DNA of 64,000 bases. Origin: an uncultured Gammaproteobacteria bacterium (GTDB lineage Bacteria; Pseudomonadota; Gammaproteobacteria; Steroidobacterales; Steroidobacteraceae). Within the stretch, counting starts at the first letter, position 1. Every line of letters begins with the position of its first letter. The notes below the pieces were generated by a model. That model ran no database searches, was not told the origin of the DNA, and saw only the letters and a list, made by a program, of their open reading frames with translations. The stretch covers positions 48,098 through 112,097 of the forward strand of contig CAWILY010000001.1 of assembly GCA_963837075.1 (NCBI GenBank), written 5' to 3'. The translations under genes and the position numbers were made by a program. Of the stretch, positions 19,009 to 27,199 are shown one piece after another.

Positions 19009-19060
19009 TGGCGGAGAGAGAGAGGGGATTCGAACCCTCGAAGGGCTTTGACCCTTATAG
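19009..19060 (-). pseudogene. tRNA 3' fragment, type II (Ser-like): variable arm, T arm and CCA end only
   Basis: The reverse complement reads AAGGGTCAAAGCCCTT-CGAGGGTTCGAATCCCCT-CTCTCTCTCCGCCA. No complementary 5' acceptor strand, D arm or anticodon stem can be found upstream. A (CT)n run lengthens the acceptor side. Confidence 0.35.
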
Positions 19061-19184
19061 CCTCAGCAGGACAGTGCGCGAACCTACCTCCCACTGCGGC
19101 CAGCGACAAAGTGAAGGGGCCGAAAGTTGAGGAAAACCAAATGAAATGGTCCGATCAAAACTTAGTATAAGTATTTGTCTTCAT

Positions 19185-19227
19185 TGGCGTCCCCAAGGGA
19201 TTCGAACCCCTGTTACCGCCGTGAAAG
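19185..19227 (-). pseudogene. tRNA-Glu(UUC) 3' fragment (anticodon loop to CCA)
   Basis: The reverse complement CTTTCACGGCGGTAACAGGGGTTCGAATCCCTTGGGGACGCCA matches the 3' 43 nt of bacterial tRNA-Glu. Beyond the anticodon loop the sequence (gtcacattgcgt) cannot form the anticodon stem, and no 5' half is present. Confidence 0.6.
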
Positions 19228-19242
19228 ACGCAATGTGACATC

Positions 19243-19271
19243 TTGACGTTATAACGTCTCGGCTCCATAAT
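19243..19271 (+). promoter_or_regulatory. sigma70-type promoter with embedded palindromic operator for the antitoxin operon
   Basis: TTGACG (19243-19248), a 17-nt spacer, then CATAAT (19266-19271). A perfect 14-bp palindrome GACGTTATAACGTC (19245-19258) spans the -35 element and spacer. The ATG at 19278 lies 6 nt after the -10 element. Confidence 0.45.
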
Positions 19272-19277
19272 AAACTA

Positions 19278-19508
19278 ATGGATAGCCCGAAGCGCGCCAC
19301 CGTCTACTTCTCGGCCGATGTACACAAGGCTCTGCGCCTTCGCGCCGCCGCGGCTGATCGTTCCATCTCCGACATGGTCAACGACGCGGTTCGAATCGCT
19401 CTGGCTGAGGATGCGACCGATCTTGAGTCGTTCAAGGAACGTCAGGATGAGAAGAGTATCTCGTTCGAGACGTTCGTGACCGGTCTGAAGCGGCGTGGCC
19501 GAATATAG
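19278..19508 (+). CDS. ribbon-helix-helix (CopG/RelB-type) antitoxin
   Basis: KRATVYFSADVHKALRLRAAAADRSISDMVNDAVRIAL is an RHH fold pattern. It overlaps the toxin gene by 14 nt. Confidence 0.75.
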   Translation: MDSPKRATVYFSADVHKALRLRAAAADRSISDMVNDAVRIALAEDATDLESFKERQDEKSISFETFVTGLKRRGRI

Positions 19509-19761
19509 GCTTCTCATAAAGGCTTCCGCAGCCAAGGAAGTCGAAGCCGTCGGCTCGAAAGAAGATCGTCGCCGAATTGTTGAAAAGATCGCCGGGTTTG
19601 CGTCGAACCCCAGGCCCCACAATTCCGAGAAGCTCGCTGGATACGACGACCGATACCGGATTCGTCAAGGCCACTATAGAATCGTGTACCTCATTGATGA
19701 CTCTCGCCACGAAGTCACGATATTTAAGGTAGGTCATCGAAAGGATGTCTATCGCGGGTGA
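19495..19761 (+). CDS. RelE/ParE family type II toxin
   Basis: YRLLIKASAAKE...PRPHNSEKLAGYDDRYRIRQGHYRIVYLIDDSRHEVTIFKVGHRKDVY is the canonical RelE/StbE pattern. Confidence 0.85.
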   Translation: MAEYRLLIKASAAKEVEAVGSKEDRRRIVEKIAGFASNPRPHNSEKLAGYDDRYRIRQGHYRIVYLIDDSRHEVTIFKVGHRKDVYRG

Positions 19762-19862
19762 CGCCGTCCCCTTAAAGAAGTGAATCACCGTCTAAACGGC
19801 CCGAACGGCCCACTTCCCGTGGGCGTCCGCGATCTGTCCCACACGGTGCTGCTCGCGGCGCC

Positions 19863-20295
19863 TCACTTGAGCTCCCCCATGTACTCCTGTGCCCGTACGA
19901 AGGCGTAGTCACTGACATGAACCCAGCCTCGAAATGGCTGATTTACGTCGGCAATGGCCAGCATGACGAGTGTGACGAGTAGAGTGGTGGAAAATACCAT
20001 GGACGGGATTGGGGCCACTCGCGAATGTATACGCAGCCGTTGCTTGTTGTAGTTTCCAATTTTGGGCGGCGAGTCTTACTTCTGGACTCTGTGTTGCGGC
20101 CTGGAACTGATCCGTTACCTCGGGGGTGCGGTCGACGCACTCGTCTGCGAAGCGCAGCACGCTCAGCTGCAGGTCCTGCAGCTGAGCGTGCTCCCGGGCG
20201 GCGCGCTTCCCCGGCGTCATCCGGTCAACGAGCGTGCAACCACATAACCTGAAGACAACCGCGAGATCATCACCGCATCGCTGCAGAATCGCCAA
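19863..20295 (-). pseudogene. frameshifted membrane-protein gene (DUF4239-like C-terminus)
   Basis: ORF 19909-20295 changes frame near 19990. Only the shifted frame gives a TM helix plus LAIADVNQPFRGWVHVSDYAFVRAQEYMGELK, ending at the stop at 19863-19865. The family call is tentative. Confidence 0.3.
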
Positions 20296-20901
20296 GATAA
20301 TTGCATGCGCGCGTTCGTTCGAGCAGGCGGGCTGAGGTTGCCACCACCCAGGAGCGCGTGTGTGGTGTGTCTCTTGAATGCTTCAATAAAGTGTAGCGGT
20401 GCGAACAATCTGACCCGTGGATGGTTCATTCGACCGCTCCTTGCCCCGGGTCGAGCAGCACGATCCAGATGCTGTGCGAGATACGCGATGGCATTCACCC
20501 GCAGGTCCCCGGGTACCGCGAGTCAGCGGTGGTCCGCTCACAACCGTGCCGCGGAGACCGGGAGAGAAAGCGATGCACGTTCGTGGTCATTAATCTCACC
20601 CTAAGTCGCGGCATCTCCGGCGACAACGAACGCGCGAGAGAGGGAGGTTTCCAGGCGGGAAACCAATCGATCAATTAGTGCGCAGAAAACTGAATAAATC
20701 CAGTGCCGCGGGCCTCTCTGTAGAGAGCGCCGCCTCGCGGACATTTACTGGCAGAAAACGTTCGACAACCAGGTGTGCGTTGTACAGCTGATCGCTGCCT
20801 TTGAATATCGGCGGCATGCGAGACGCCGATATGTATGCAGCTGACCTCCTCCACGATTACCCGAGGCGTTTTCCCTGGACCCAGCAGCCAGGAGGCTTGC
20901 C

Positions 20902-21527
20902 ATGGCTGAAATGATGAAGGCCGCCGTCGTCCGTGAGTTCGGCGCGCCGCTGCGTGTGTTGAGGAGGCCCGCATCCCCACGCCGGGCCCTGGACAGATCC
21001 TAGTCAAGGTGGCTGCCTGCGGCGTCTGCCACACCGATCTGCACGCCGCGAGCGGCGACTGGCCCGTGAAGCCGCGGCTGCCCTTCATTCCCGGGCACGA
21101 GGGCGTGGGTCATGTCGCGGCGCGCGGTGAGGGCGTGCGTGACGTCAAGGAGGGCGACCGCGTCGGCGTGCCCTGGCTCTACAGCGCCTGTGGCCATTGC
21201 AAGCACTGCCTGGGCGGTTGGGAGACACTGTGCGAGAGGCAACAGAACACGGGCTATTCCGTGAATGGCAGCTTCGCCGAATACGTGGTTGCCGATGCCA
21301 ACTATGTCGGCCACCTGCCCGGAAATCTCGGCTTCATCGACACCGCCCCGATCCTCTGTGCGGGCGTGACGGTCTACAAGGGTCTCATGGTGACGGATAC
21401 CAAGCCTGACGATTGGATGGCCATCTCAGGGATCGGAGGCCTTGGCCATCTGGCGGTTCAATATGCCAAGGCTATGGGCCTCAACGTCATCGCTGTCGAC
21501 GTCGATGACAGCAAGCTCAATCTGGTC
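20902..21527 (+). pseudogene. zinc-dependent alcohol dehydrogenase (AdhP-like), 5' part; frameshifted and cut by an IS
   Basis: AGGAGG then ATG at 20902. [15 protein letters not shown] is followed, after a 1-nt frame change in a gtgtgt run (20954-20959), by [28 protein letters not shown]...GHEGVGHV...CGHCKHC...GIGGLGH...[11 protein letters not shown]. Confidence 0.85.
21519..21527. repeat. target-site duplication (left) of the IS4-family element
   Basis: AATCTGGTC lies immediately outside the left inverted repeat and is identical to 22850-22858. Confidence 0.85.
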
Positions 21528-22849
21528 CACTACTGTCCCAACGTTAGTCGATCAGATTCAGTTGGTTAGCAAAAATGGTCTGTTTGAGCCCCTGCACAGA
21601 GAGCGTAAGTAGTTCATAGAGCGGAGTTTTCTCGAACAGGCTCAGACTCAGGATTTGCAGAATTTCATGCATCGAGGGCTCCAACTTCAGCCGCTTGCGC
21701 ACGATCGCCACCAACACGTAGGTGCACACGGCGATCCAGATCTGGGTCTTCACGGCATTCTCCGAGGTGCCGAAGAACGCCTTGATGCGCAGGTGCTGCT
21801 TGATCCACTTGAAGAACAGCTCTACCTGCCAGCGCATCTTGTAGAGCTTGCAGATGGTGAGCGGCGGCAGATCGAAATGGTTGGTCAAGAAGATGAGCGT
21901 CTTGCCGGTCTCGGGGTCTTTGAAGCGGACACGCCGCAGCGGCTTGGGGTAGCCCTGCTTGGAATAGAAGACGCTCAGCTCGATGCTGTGGTCGCAGATC
22001 ACGCCTGTGCTGCGGTCGGTCGGATGCGACTTGAGGCGTTTGAAGCGCAGCCGTCGCTTGGCGCGCGTCACGAAGAAGGCGCCGGCTTGGTCGAAGCGCC
22101 CCAGACGCTCGAAGTCGAGGTAGCCTCGGTCCATCACGTAGAACGCACCCGCCTCGGGAATGAGCTGATCGAGGATGTTGACGTCGTGGAGCTTGCCGTC
22201 GCTGATGTGCAGGAAAGTGGGGATATTGCCGCGCAGATCGAGCAGGGTGTGCAGCTTCACCGCCGCCTTGGTCGAGCGAAACGGTGCCCACGGAAACAGC
22301 GACAGGCACAGATCGATGGTCGTCGAGTCGAGCGCGTAGACCGTATTGGAGAGCTCGACGCCGAGCGGTTCGTTCGCGTAGAGCTTGCGCGCCATGAGAA
22401 TCAGACGCTGCGCGAACTCGGCATAGATGCGCCAGTTGCGCACCGCATTGGCGTTGGCCAACGTGTTGCGCGCCACCGCGCCGCGCAGTCCCATGTGATA
22501 GAGCTTGTCGGGTTGTGCGCGCAGGCACGCCTCGATGTCGCGCAGACTCTCCCGGAACGTCAGCTGCGCGAACACCATGATGAGAAACTGCTCCAGGCAA
22601 GTGAAGCTCTTGACCTTGTGCTCGCCGTCGTAGCGCGCCACACAGCGACGAAATGTTGTCAGCGGCAGATGGGCAGTCAACTGTGCGAAAACCAACTTCC
22701 CGGTATTCAAGGCAGCCTCGGCGCGAAGGTGAAATCCGCGCCAGCTTGCCGGAATGGCCGTTCAAATCGAGACCAGAGAAAATGAGAGGAATCTCTTTCA
22801 CTTTCCAGCTCTTACGTCAGGTGCCGTCTGCAACGTTGGGACAGTAGTG
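21528..22849 (-). mobile_element. IS4-family insertion sequence, 1322 bp, apparently intact
   Basis: Perfect 18-bp terminal inverted repeats CACTACTGTCCCAACGTT (21528-21545) and AACGTTGGGACAGTAGTG (22832-22849). Flanked by a 9-bp direct repeat. Removing the IS and one repeat restores the adh reading frame (SKLNLVKQLGA). Confidence 0.9.
21544..22710 (-). CDS. IS4 family transposase (DUF4372 N-terminus + DDE domain)
   Basis: 388 aa. [17 protein letters not shown]...[10 protein letters not shown]...[10 protein letters not shown]...[18 protein letters not shown] is the DDE/YREK-type pattern of IS4-family enzymes. Confidence 0.9.
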   Translation of the reverse strand: MNTGKLVFAQLTAHLPLTTFRRCVARYDGEHKVKSFTCLEQFLIMVFAQLTFRESLRDIEACLRAQPDKLYHMGLRGAVARNTLANANAVRNWRIYAEFAQRLILMARKLYANEPLGVELSNTVYALDSTTIDLCLSLFPWAPFRSTKAAVKLHTLLDLRGNIPTFLHISDGKLHDVNILDQLIPEAGAFYVMDRGYLDFERLGRFDQAGAFFVTRAKRRLRFKRLKSHPTDRSTGVICDHSIELSVFYSKQGYPKPLRRVRFKDPETGKTLIFLTNHFDLPPLTICKLYKMRWQVELFFKWIKQHLRIKAFFGTSENAVKTQIWIAVCTYVLVAIVRKRLKLEPSMHEILQILSLSLFEKTPLYELLTLSVQGLKQTIFANQLNLID

Positions 22850-22858
22850 AATCTGGTC
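22850..22858. repeat. target-site duplication (right) of the IS4-family element
   Basis: AATCTGGTC lies immediately outside the right inverted repeat. Confidence 0.85.
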
Positions 22859-23262
22859 AAGCAATTAGGCGCGGCGTTGACAGTCAACGCCCGCAAGGCC
22901 GACCCCGTGACCTTTGTAAAGAAGGAGATCGGGGGAGCCCAGGGGGTGCTCGTTACGGCCGTCTCGCCGAAGGCCTTCGAACAGGCGATGGGGATGGTCG
23001 GTCGTGGTGGAACGGTAAGCCTTAATGGCCTGCCTCCCGGCGATTTCTCCTTGTCCATCTTCGATACCGTGCTCAACGGCATCACGGTTCGCGGGTCGAT
23101 CGTTGGGACGCGCCTCGATCTGCAGGAGGCTCTGAACTTCGCCGGCCACGGCAAGGTCAAGGCGACCATCGCGACCGAAACACTTGAGAACATCAACAGC
23201 ATTTTCGCCCGCATGCATCAGGGCGACATCCAGGGGCGCATCGTGATCGATTTTCAGAAATA
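22850..23262 (+). pseudogene. zinc-dependent alcohol dehydrogenase (AdhP-like), 3' part
   Basis: VKQLGAALTVNARK...GVLVTAVSPKAFEQA...GTVSLNGLPPGDF...VRGSIVGTRLDLQEALNFA...QGRIVIDFQK. The frame then stays open to 23536 without the expected stop. Confidence 0.8.
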
Positions 23263-23324
23263 TAAAAGAGACACAGGCAGCGGAGGTGCTGGGGCGGCCC
23301 TGCGCCACTCGCTGAAAGCAGCAC

Positions 23325-23549
23325 ATGAAGCCCAATCGTTCGCACTTCGATCAGGCGTACATCCGATGGCGGGTGAGGTTCGCACCTTTCGAAGCGACGT
23401 GCTTCGAGGCGTCCAGCGAGTTTGTTCGCGTGCACCTCGACGACTTGCTCGACCACTACTATTGGGAGGGTCACGAGTCGCTGAAGGATTTCCCGGCGTG
23501 GGCGTTCGAGCGCTACATACGGGACGTCGAGCGTGAGGAAGTGCAGTGA
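23325..23549 (+). CDS. hypothetical small protein (74 aa)
   Basis: The ORF has non-repetitive composition (FVRVHLDDLLDHYYWEGHESLKDFPAWAFERYIRDVE). No family recognised. It overlaps the read-through tail of the adh frame. Confidence 0.25.
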   Translation: MKPNRSHFDQAYIRWRVRFAPFEATCFEASSEFVRVHLDDLLDHYYWEGHESLKDFPAWAFERYIRDVEREEVQ

Positions 23550-24498
23550 CCGAGGCAAGCAAGCACGTTCTCTTCGATCAAACGCAGCTATCTACGGGGA
23601 GGGCACCAAAGTGACGCGTTCGCCCGATGCCGGTCCAGGGCGCAGCTTGCCGGCGAAGGGGTCCGCGGAGCGTGTCGCGAGGCCGATCGCACGCCTCGAC
23701 GCCAGCCTACAGAAGCCCCCCGGCAAGATGAAACGCAAGGTGTTTGAGCGCGGGCTCGAGAAACTCCACGCCGAGCTGGTGAAGCTGCAGCTATGGGTGA
23801 AGCACAACCAGCTGCGGCTCATCATCGTGTTCGAGGGGCGTGATGCCGCAGGCAAGGGTGGCGTCATCAAGTGCCTTACGGAGCGCGTCAGTCCGAGGGT
23901 GTTTCGCGTCGTGGCACTGCCGGCGCCCACGGAACGCGAGGCGTCACAGCTGCACATCCAGCGCTATGTCACGCAGTTTCCCGCGGCCGGAGAGGTCGTC
24001 ATCTTCGACCGCAGCTGGTACAACCGCGCGGGCGTCAAGCGTGTGATGGGCTTCTGCCCGGAGTCCGAAGTCCAGCGCTTCCTGCTGCTCATCCCGCTCA
24101 TGGAGCGGGTGACCGTCGAATCCGGGATCATCATCATCAAATACTGGTTCGAGGTGAGCCAGAAGGAGCAGACCCGCCGCTTCAAAGCCCGCCTAGATGA
24201 TGGTCGCAAGGTCTGGAAACTGAGCCCGATGGATCTCGAGTCCCATCGCCGGTGGTACGACTACTCGCGCGCGCGGGACGAGATGTTGCAGGCGACCGAT
24301 ACTCCGTTTGCTCCTTGGTACATCGTCAGGGCGGACGACAAGCGCCGGGCGCGCCTGAACTGCATCGCGCATCTGCTCACTCTGATTCCGTACAAGGAGA
24401 TCAAGCGCCCGAAGGTGAAGATTCCGAAACATCAGAAGCGCAAAGGCTACGTCGAGCCCGCGAATCGCGTCTACAAGATCGTGCCGGAACTGTTCTGA
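23533..24498 (+). CDS. ppk2: polyphosphate kinase 2
   Basis: LHAELVKLQLWV...IIVFEGRDAAGKGGVIKCL (Walker A), FDRSWYNRAGV, WKLSPMDLESHRRWYDY, PWYIVRADDKRRARLN. The true start may be downstream (GTG at 23612 or ATG at about 23728). Confidence 0.85.
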   Translation: MRKCSDRGKQARSLRSNAAIYGEGTKVTRSPDAGPGRSLPAKGSAERVARPIARLDASLQKPPGKMKRKVFERGLEKLHAELVKLQLWVKHNQLRLIIVFEGRDAAGKGGVIKCLTERVSPRVFRVVALPAPTEREASQLHIQRYVTQFPAAGEVVIFDRSWYNRAGVKRVMGFCPESEVQRFLLLIPLMERVTVESGIIIIKYWFEVSQKEQTRRFKARLDDGRKVWKLSPMDLESHRRWYDYSRARDEMLQATDTPFAPWYIVRADDKRRARLNCIAHLLTLIPYKEIKRPKVKIPKHQKRKGYVEPANRVYKIVPELF

Positions 24499-24758
24499 GG
24501 CCCGACCAGGGTCAGCATCAGGCTTGAGGATGCGCGTTTGGCTTAATCGGTCTCAGCCTAAGTCTCAGCATGCCCTGGGAAACAATGCGGCTCTCGCTAC
24601 GGCGAAGTTTCGCGGCAAGAAATGATCCCCATGAGTGCGAAGGCGCGCGGGATACCCGCAAAACCAGCGCGGCGAGTCCCGGCCGCTGAGCGCAGCTTTC
24701 GCGCATTTCTCGTCAGGAAACGTTCGACAACTGCATACGCATTGCTCGGCTGACCGCT

Positions 24759-24959
24759 ATGTCCAAACATGGCGGCGTGCAAGAAACGATCGAGAGCACG
24801 TATCGGGCCAACGAGTGGCGGTTCGACTCGCTTACCCGTAAGCGTCCCGATGACGCGCGGCGCATGTTGGCACAGGCGCAGCTAGAGAAATACCGGATCT
24901 ACGAGAACCTCACGGCGCGTGACGGCGGCCGCTTTCACCCTCACTGGGAGGATGCCTGA
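24759..24959 (+). pseudogene. 66-aa ORF resembling the extreme C-terminus of pyruvate:ferredoxin oxidoreductase
   Basis: SKHGGVQETIESTYRANEWRFDSLTRKRPDDARRMLAQAQLEKYRIYENLTA recalls the PFOR/NifJ tail (..ENRF..L.R..P..A..L......Y..Y..LA). An in-frame stop lies at 24667-24669, 30 codons upstream of the ATG at 24759. Recognition is from memory only. Confidence 0.3.
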
Positions 24960-25960
24960 ACACGAATTCTCTTGCCAGCCGTTATCTGGGTCTGGATCTG
25001 GCGCACCCGATCATCGCGTCGGCCTCACCGCTGACCGCGACCTTCGATGCCCTGCGCCGCCTCGAGGACGCCGGTGCCGCGGCGGTGGTGGTGGCGTCAT
25101 TCTATGAAGAAGATATCCGCGCTGCGGATGCTGCCTACGCCATGTTCACCGAGGAAAGCGCCGGGTGCCATCCCGAGGCGGCTACTTATTCTCCGGAGTT
25201 GCCCGACTACCAGTATCGCGTCTCCGGCCACCTCGAGCTGGTGCGGCGCGCAGCCGAAGCGCTCAACATCCCGGTGATTGCGAGTCTCAACGGTGTGAGC
25301 GATGAGGGCTGGCTTGACTTCGCCGTGCAGCTCGAGCTGGCCGGCGCCGCCGCGCTCGAACTCGACCTCTATCTCTTGTCGACTGACTTCGCCGTGAGCG
25401 GCAGCGACATTGAGCGCCGCTATGTGGACATTGTCCGCCATGTGAAACGGACGGTGCGGATTCCTGTTTCCGTCAAGCTGCCACCTTTCTTTAGCGCGCT
25501 GGGACACTTCTCCAAGCAACTCGAGTCCGCCGGCGCCGATGGCCTGGTGCTCTTCAACCAGTTGTTCCGGCCAGACCTCGATATCGATACGCAGACCGTC
25601 ACTGCCGAGCCGGTGCTCTCGACTCCCGTCGAAATCCACGTACCGCTCACCTGGATTGCGCTACTGTCGCCGCATCTGCAACTGTCTCTCGCGGCGGGGG
25701 GAGGCGTAGACAGTTATGTCGAGGTCGTGAAGTTCCTGCTCGCTGGCGCTCACGTCGTGACCACGACGTCAGCGCTATTGCGCCACGGTCCACAGCATAT
25801 GACCGCGCTCATCGAGGGTCTGCAGCGCTGGCTTGCGGATCATGCGTTCGAGTCTGTGTCTGCGATTCGTGGGCATCTCAACGGAACACGTGTCGAGCCC
25901 ATCGCCGCGTTCCTGCGCAGCCAATACGCTCACTCGCTTGGTAAGCACAGGCTCCCCTAA
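24956..25960 (+). CDS. dihydroorotate dehydrogenase-like protein (class 1 DHOD fold); start unclear, 3' end abuts an IS630 fragment
   Basis: LASRYLGLDLAHPIIASASPLT...IPVIASLNG...IPVSVKLPPFF...GADGLVLFN...AAGGGVDSYVEVVKFLLAGAHVV. The only in-frame start candidates before the conserved N-terminus are CTG codons at 24944 and 24956. Confidence 0.7.
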   Translation: MNTNSLASRYLGLDLAHPIIASASPLTATFDALRRLEDAGAAAVVVASFYEEDIRAADAAYAMFTEESAGCHPEAATYSPELPDYQYRVSGHLELVRRAAEALNIPVIASLNGVSDEGWLDFAVQLELAGAAALELDLYLLSTDFAVSGSDIERRYVDIVRHVKRTVRIPVSVKLPPFFSALGHFSKQLESAGADGLVLFNQLFRPDLDIDTQTVTAEPVLSTPVEIHVPLTWIALLSPHLQLSLAAGGGVDSYVEVVKFLLAGAHVVTTTSALLRHGPQHMTALIEGLQRWLADHAFESVSAIRGHLNGTRVEPIAAFLRSQYAHSLGKHRLP

Positions 25961-25966
25961 ATTATC

Positions 25967-26458
25967 CGCGCTCGAGCGCGACGAGGCGGCGATCCGGCAC
26001 TGGAAGCGCAAGCGCTGGCCAGCGTTAAAAAAAACGCGAGAAAACAAGGTCGAATCATCGTCTTCATCGACGAGTCGGGACTGAGCGAACGACCGACCCA
26101 GGTGCGCGGCTGGGCACCGCGGGGGCAAACCCCCGTGCTGCAGTATCACTTCAACTGGCACCAACTCTCGGCGATGGCCGGCATCACCTTCTACCACTTC
26201 TACTTTCGGCTCTTTCCCGGAGCGATCAAGGGGCCGCAAGTGATCGAGTTCCTTCACGCCTGGGTCGGCAGATCCGCCGCAAGGTGCTCGTGATCTGGGA
26301 CGGACTGCCTGCACATCGCAGCCACCTCGTGCGCGACTACGTCGAGAGTCTCGAGGGTGCGATTCAACTGGAGTATCTGCCCGCTTACGCTCCCGAGCTC
26401 AACCCGACGGAGTACATCTGGGGACACCTCAAGCATCACGAGCTGGGCAACTTCTGTG
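25967..26458 (+). mobile_element. internal fragment of an IS630-family element (no ends; transposase remnant)
   Basis: Near-identical to 29407-29899 of the full copy. Starts within LERDEAAIRHWKRKRW and ends at ...HELGNFC. Carries an A8 tract (26027-26034) where the full copy has A7, plus a 1-nt deletion (cacgcctggg against cacgccctggg). Confidence 0.85.
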
Positions 26459-26713
26459 AACGAGGTCGAAAACAACGCTGCTACGGTCGCCTCACAACAC
26501 ACTCGTCGTCTTAACGGCGCACGGAGTCGTCGATGAAACTCACATCGTTGGTATTGAGCGGAGCATTGGCAGCCGGCGGATACACTCTGGTTCAGGCGCA
26601 GTGGTGACAATGGGCTCTCGGTACATCGAGGATTCCGGGCAGGATTACACATCGATCGGTAAGCGCCACGGCGTGCGCCGAACCGGGAAGATCCGCTGCG
26701 GCCGGTCGGAGCC

Positions 26714-26830
26714 AGGATCTGTGGACATTTACTCCAAGGAAACGCCCGATCCGCGCGGCCCACCTGCCTTACGGACGACACCCTGACGTGTTGGTACCAC
26801 GGCTTCACTTATGACCTTGAGAGCGGCCGA
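26714..26830 (+). pseudogene. Rieske [2Fe-2S] domain fragment
   Basis: RICGHLLQGNARSARPTCLTDDTLTCWYHGFTYDLESGR shows the C-x-H ... C-x-x-H spacing of Rieske clusters. There is no plausible start or continuation on either side. Confidence 0.3.
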
Positions 26831-27199
26831 AGCGCCTGGGCCGGTATTAGTCCCCGAAAACGTCCAGTGATACAAGACTCGATCGCCCTTCGGTTCGAGG
26901 CGATCAAACTTCACGACAAGATCGGGATACGCCGTCATGAAACTCTGTGCAGCACCCTCGACCCCCTTCCGACCGACGGCAGGCGGCCCATCGTTGATCG
27001 TCAGTGAGGCTGACTCCGAGTAGAACGCAGCGACGCTTGACGCGCTGTGGCTACACCACGCAGCTGTATAGCGCGTTGCAAAGTCAGCCAATCGTGACGA
27101 GTCATTCATGGGCCCGCTCTCCGGCGTGCATGCACCCACCGCGCACACGGTGAGTGCCGTAATCAGGCATCGAACCCCGGGTCTCACTGCATTCACCAC
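26729..27199 (-). CDS. SnoaL-like / NTF2-family lipoprotein, possibly truncated at the C-terminus
   Basis: Lipobox LTVCAVGAC. FATRYTAAWCSHSASSVAAFYSESASLTINDGP...AQSFMTAYPDLVVKFDRLEPKGDRVLYHWTFSGTNTGPG. The last ~35 codons overlap the Rieske fragment and look non-native. Confidence 0.55.
   Translation of the reverse strand: MVNAVRPGVRCLITALTVCAVGACTPESGPMNDSSRLADFATRYTAAWCSHSASSVAAFYSESASLTINDGPPAVGRKGVEGAAQSFMTAYPDLVVKFDRLEPKGDRVLYHWTFSGTNTGPGASAALKVISEAVVPTRQGVVRKAGGPRGSGVSLE

Noticed and set aside
19009-19100. Possible intact tRNA-Ser gene
   Set aside because: Only the variable arm, T arm and CCA end are recognisable. I found no 5' acceptor strand complementary to the 3' end, no D arm and no pairable anticodon stem, and the acceptor side has three extra CT-repeat nucleotides. 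It is reported as a fragment instead.
20749-20764. TGGCAG-N-GTTCG upstream of adh as a sigma-54 promoter
   Set aside because: The GG to GC spacing does not fit (TC falls at the -12 position), and the homologous segment at 24711-24726 lacks the TGGC element.
21655-22801. 376-aa and 378-aa ORFs overlapping the IS4 transposase gene
   Set aside because: The 388-aa minus-strand frame carries all the transposase motifs. The other two frames are compositionally biased shadows.
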